Assembly (NCBI GenBank): GCA_910592345.1 | Contig: CAJVPI010000182.1 | Coordinates: forward strand, 1-44,981 | DNA length: 44,981 bases | Direction: 5' to 3' | From: Paraglomus brasilianum | Taxonomy: Eukaryota | In this document: positions 41,964 to 44,981 of the stretch, piece after piece | Layout: each line of letters starts with the position of its first letter | Position numbering within the stretch: the first letter of the stretch is position 1 | Made by a program: the position numbers and the translations under genes | Notes under the pieces: model-generated | Databases searched by the model: none | The model's input: only the letters and a program-made list of their open reading frames with translations | Told to the model about the DNA's origin: nothing

Positions 41964-44676
41964 ATGTCTCTGGGTCAATTATCCAAGAAAGACTGGCTCG
42001 ACAAGAGCATTGAAGAAGGCTTTATTAGAAGTTATTCAGAAAGTGATATCCTTGATCGCAAAATTCTTGGTCGTGGCGGATATGGATTAGTTTATAAAGC
42101 AACATTGAAACATACCGGAATAGCAATCGCAATGAAGACCCTGATTCCAGGAAACAACGAAAACGACGAAGAAACATATTCAGAGTTTGTCGACGAGGTT
42201 GTTATTAATTATTTGCGTTTGTTCGTTGTTGTAATACTTGTTACATGTTAAAGACTTTGTTTTCGATTCTAATCATATTTTAGTTGAAAATCCACAAATG
42301 GGTGGACGACCATCCAAACATCATTAGATTCTTGGGACTGTATCGCGGTATGCTGTAAATATAATTTGTATGTCATAATTACTGTTGATGACAATTACGC
42401 TTACATTTGACATGATTGATATATTTACTTCTCAGACGATGCCTATCATATGATTTTCGAGTTTGCCGACGGCGGAACTTTGCGCGATTATTTAAGAAAG
42501 AACTCTACTTCTCTCACATGGAAAAATAAATGCACGTTGGGCTGGCAGATTACCAATGGATTGATGTACTTGCATGCACGGCAAATACTTCACAAGGACT
42601 TGGTACTGTATCGATAAAAGCATTCTTATCTTAGTAAACTTTGCTAATCCTGTTTAATTGCATTAGTCCTCCATGAACATCCTTATTAAAGATGGCATTG
42701 CAAAAATAACAGACTTTGGCTTGTCAAGTGATCTAAAAAAGGTCGTGCTTATGTCAAAGGGTGCGGGAAATGCAGCATATATTGACCCATTAAGGCTAAT
42801 GGATCCATCGTATATTCGTGGAAAAGAATCTGATATCTTCAGTATTGGGGTAATATTGTGGGAGATTTCCAGCGGAGAGACTCCGTGCGGGAACTATGAT
42901 GAATCTTATGTTATCCTACAGAGATATAATGGTTATCGCGATCCTCCTTTTCCTGGGACACCTGAAGAGTACATACAGCTATATTCAAAGTGTTGGGATC
43001 AGGATCCTAATGTGCGGCCGTCCTGTGAACAAGTAGTTAATCAATTAAAACTATTGGTTGATCAAGCATTAGATGAAGCATCGAACTTGAGTAGCCATCA
43101 GATTGAAAGTACAGATACAGCAGATTCAGCAAAGTTTTTGGAACCAAAACTTTCTCAGACTTTTCAAGATTTTTTTCAAAACAAAATTGGAGATACAAAT
43201 GTAATGGCATTGGTAAAAGCTCTAGAATCAGATTCTCCTTTGACTTCTTTGAATCTTGTGGGTAGGAACATTGGAGACACTGGTGCAATAGCTTTAGCAA
43301 AAGTTTTGGAATCAAACTCCAATCTGACATCCCTAGATCTTAAGAATAATAGTATTGGAGAGACTGGAGCTTTAGCTTTGGCAAAGGTTCTGGAATCAGA
43401 TTTTTCCCTAACATTTTTGGATCTAGGGGATAACAATATTAATGATGCAGGAGCAAAGGCTTTGGCAAAAGTTCTAGGATCAAACACTACTTTGACTTCT
43501 TTGAATCTTCATAGAAATGGAATTAGAGCTGTGGGAGTAAAAGATTTAGCAAAGTCCTTAGAATCAAATTCATCCCTCTGTTATTTGGGCCTTGGGTATA
43601 ATAAGATTGGAGAGGTAGGTATAAAAGCCTTGGCAAAGGCTTTGGAATCAAATGGCTCTCTGACTTCCTTGAATCTTGATTCTACTGATCTTGAAGATTC
43701 AGGAACAACAATTTTGGCAAAGGCTTTAGAAGTTAATTCCACTCTAACATCATTGGAATTACGATGGAATGTTATTGAGGATAAAGGAGCAACAGCTCTT
43801 GCAAATGCTCTTGCATCAAAGTCTTCTTTGATCTCTTTAAATCTTGCTGAAAATCAGATTCAAGATGAAGGAGCAATAGCTTTATCAAAGGCTTTAGAGT
43901 TAAATCTCTCTCTGAATTCTTTAAATCTTTCTAGCAACCAGATTGGAGATGTGATTGCAATAAGTTTAGGAAAGGCTTTAGAATCAAATAACTCACTGCA
44001 TTTTTTAAAGCTTATTGATAATGACATTGGAGATACAGGAGCAACAGTTTTGGCAAAAGCTCTAGAATCAAATTCTTCCCTGGAATCCTTAGACCTTGCT
44101 CTTAATCAGATTGGAGATAAAGGAGCAACAGACTTATTTAAAGCTCTAGAATTAAATTCCTCTTTGACTTCTCTTGAGCTGTCTCATAACAAGGTTGGAG
44201 ATACAAGTGCAGCAACATTAGTGAATGCCCTTAAATCGAATTCTTCCTTAATTTATTTGAGTTTAAGTTGCAGTCAAATTAGAATTATGGGTGCAACAGC
44301 TTTAGCAAAGGTTCTTGAATCAAATTCCTCCTTGACCTCTTTAAATTTGTCAAACAATGAAATTGGAGATGAGGGGGTAATAGTCTTGGCAAAAGCCCTG
44401 GAGTCAAATTCCTGTCTGACTTCTTTGAATCTTCTTGCTGTTGAATTTGGAGATATGGGTGCAACAGCTTTAGCAGAAGCTTTGGAATCAAACTCCTGTT
44501 TGGAATGTTTAAATATTGCCTCTAATCGGATTGGTGATACAGGTGCTGCAGCTTTGGTAAAGGCATTAGAATCAAATTCCACATTGACATCTTTGGACTT
44601 TGGAATGAATTCATTTGGAGACACAAATGCAACTGCTTTGACAAAGGCTTTAGAATCAAATCACACTCACAAGTGA
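41964..44676 (+). CDS. TKL-group protein kinase fused to ~17 RI-like (NLRC3-type) 28-aa leucine-rich repeats; 4 exons
   Basis: Exons 41964-42197, 42284-42347, 42436-42602 and 42667-44676. Kinase motifs GRGGYG, IAMK, HPNII, HKDLSSMN, DFG and DIFSIGVILWEI. C-terminal ALAKALESNSSLTSLNLxxNxIGDxG repeats. Confidence 0.93.
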
Positions 44677-44981
44677 AAGCTGATGGGTATTATTGTCAAC
44701 ATGTCAGGATAGATCTTTTATCCTGATATTGATATACAAGATATAAAATATATTTATGGTCTAAACCTTAAATAGTAATAGTGCCAATCTGCAATTACAA
44801 TGTAAATGTTCTGTGATTAAGGTGAATAAATCAGATAAATTGATTACAGACAGTGAACAAATTGATAGTTCCAGTAAAAATGTTGTCTTCATCAAACACA
44901 TATTTGTTACGGTCGGGAATTAAATTGGGGTTTTGGGAGAGCGATTTATCTTTTCGTGTAGGTGTGTTCGCCGACCGGGGG

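Noticed and set aside
43037..44624. Antisense ORFs over the LRR region, and similar shadow ORFs over SEC18, MSS51 and the MLKL-like gene
   Set aside because: By-products of codon bias and repeat structure on the real coding strand.
44904..44981. tgttacgg start resembling an LTR 5' end
   Set aside because: Cut off by the window edge; cannot be verified.

Overview
Eukaryotic, intron-rich, AT-rich fungal DNA. The gene families and the TKL kinase style point to Glomeromycotina or another Mucoromycota lineage (inference). The left ~20 kb is largely a graveyard of DNA transposons around one WD40 gene (DCAF11/WDR23-like). It holds an internally deleted hAT with an 8-bp TSD, a pogo end with a PIP-box transposase tail, a three-level MITE/Tc1 nest, a deleted Tc1/IS630-like element and an intron-retaining AFG2/SPATA5 fragment. 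The right ~25 kb is gene-dense: SLS1-like, an orphan gene, MIM2, RPS21, SEC18/NSF, MSS51 and ATP20. Interleaved with these are three immunity-like genes: an MLKL-like four-helix-bundle + pseudokinase + SEL1 protein, an F-box/LRR-like protein, and an apparently active TKL kinase fused to ~17 RI-type LRRs. The LRR array is hypervariable at surface positions and almost devoid of CpG. The most interesting leads are this possible sensor-kinase/MLKL-like cell-death module, the CpG-depleted LRR array, an MSS51 lacking its Cys-rich zinc/heme domain, and a QYGQPP-repeat extension on NSF. All calls come from manual motif recognition; no searches were run.
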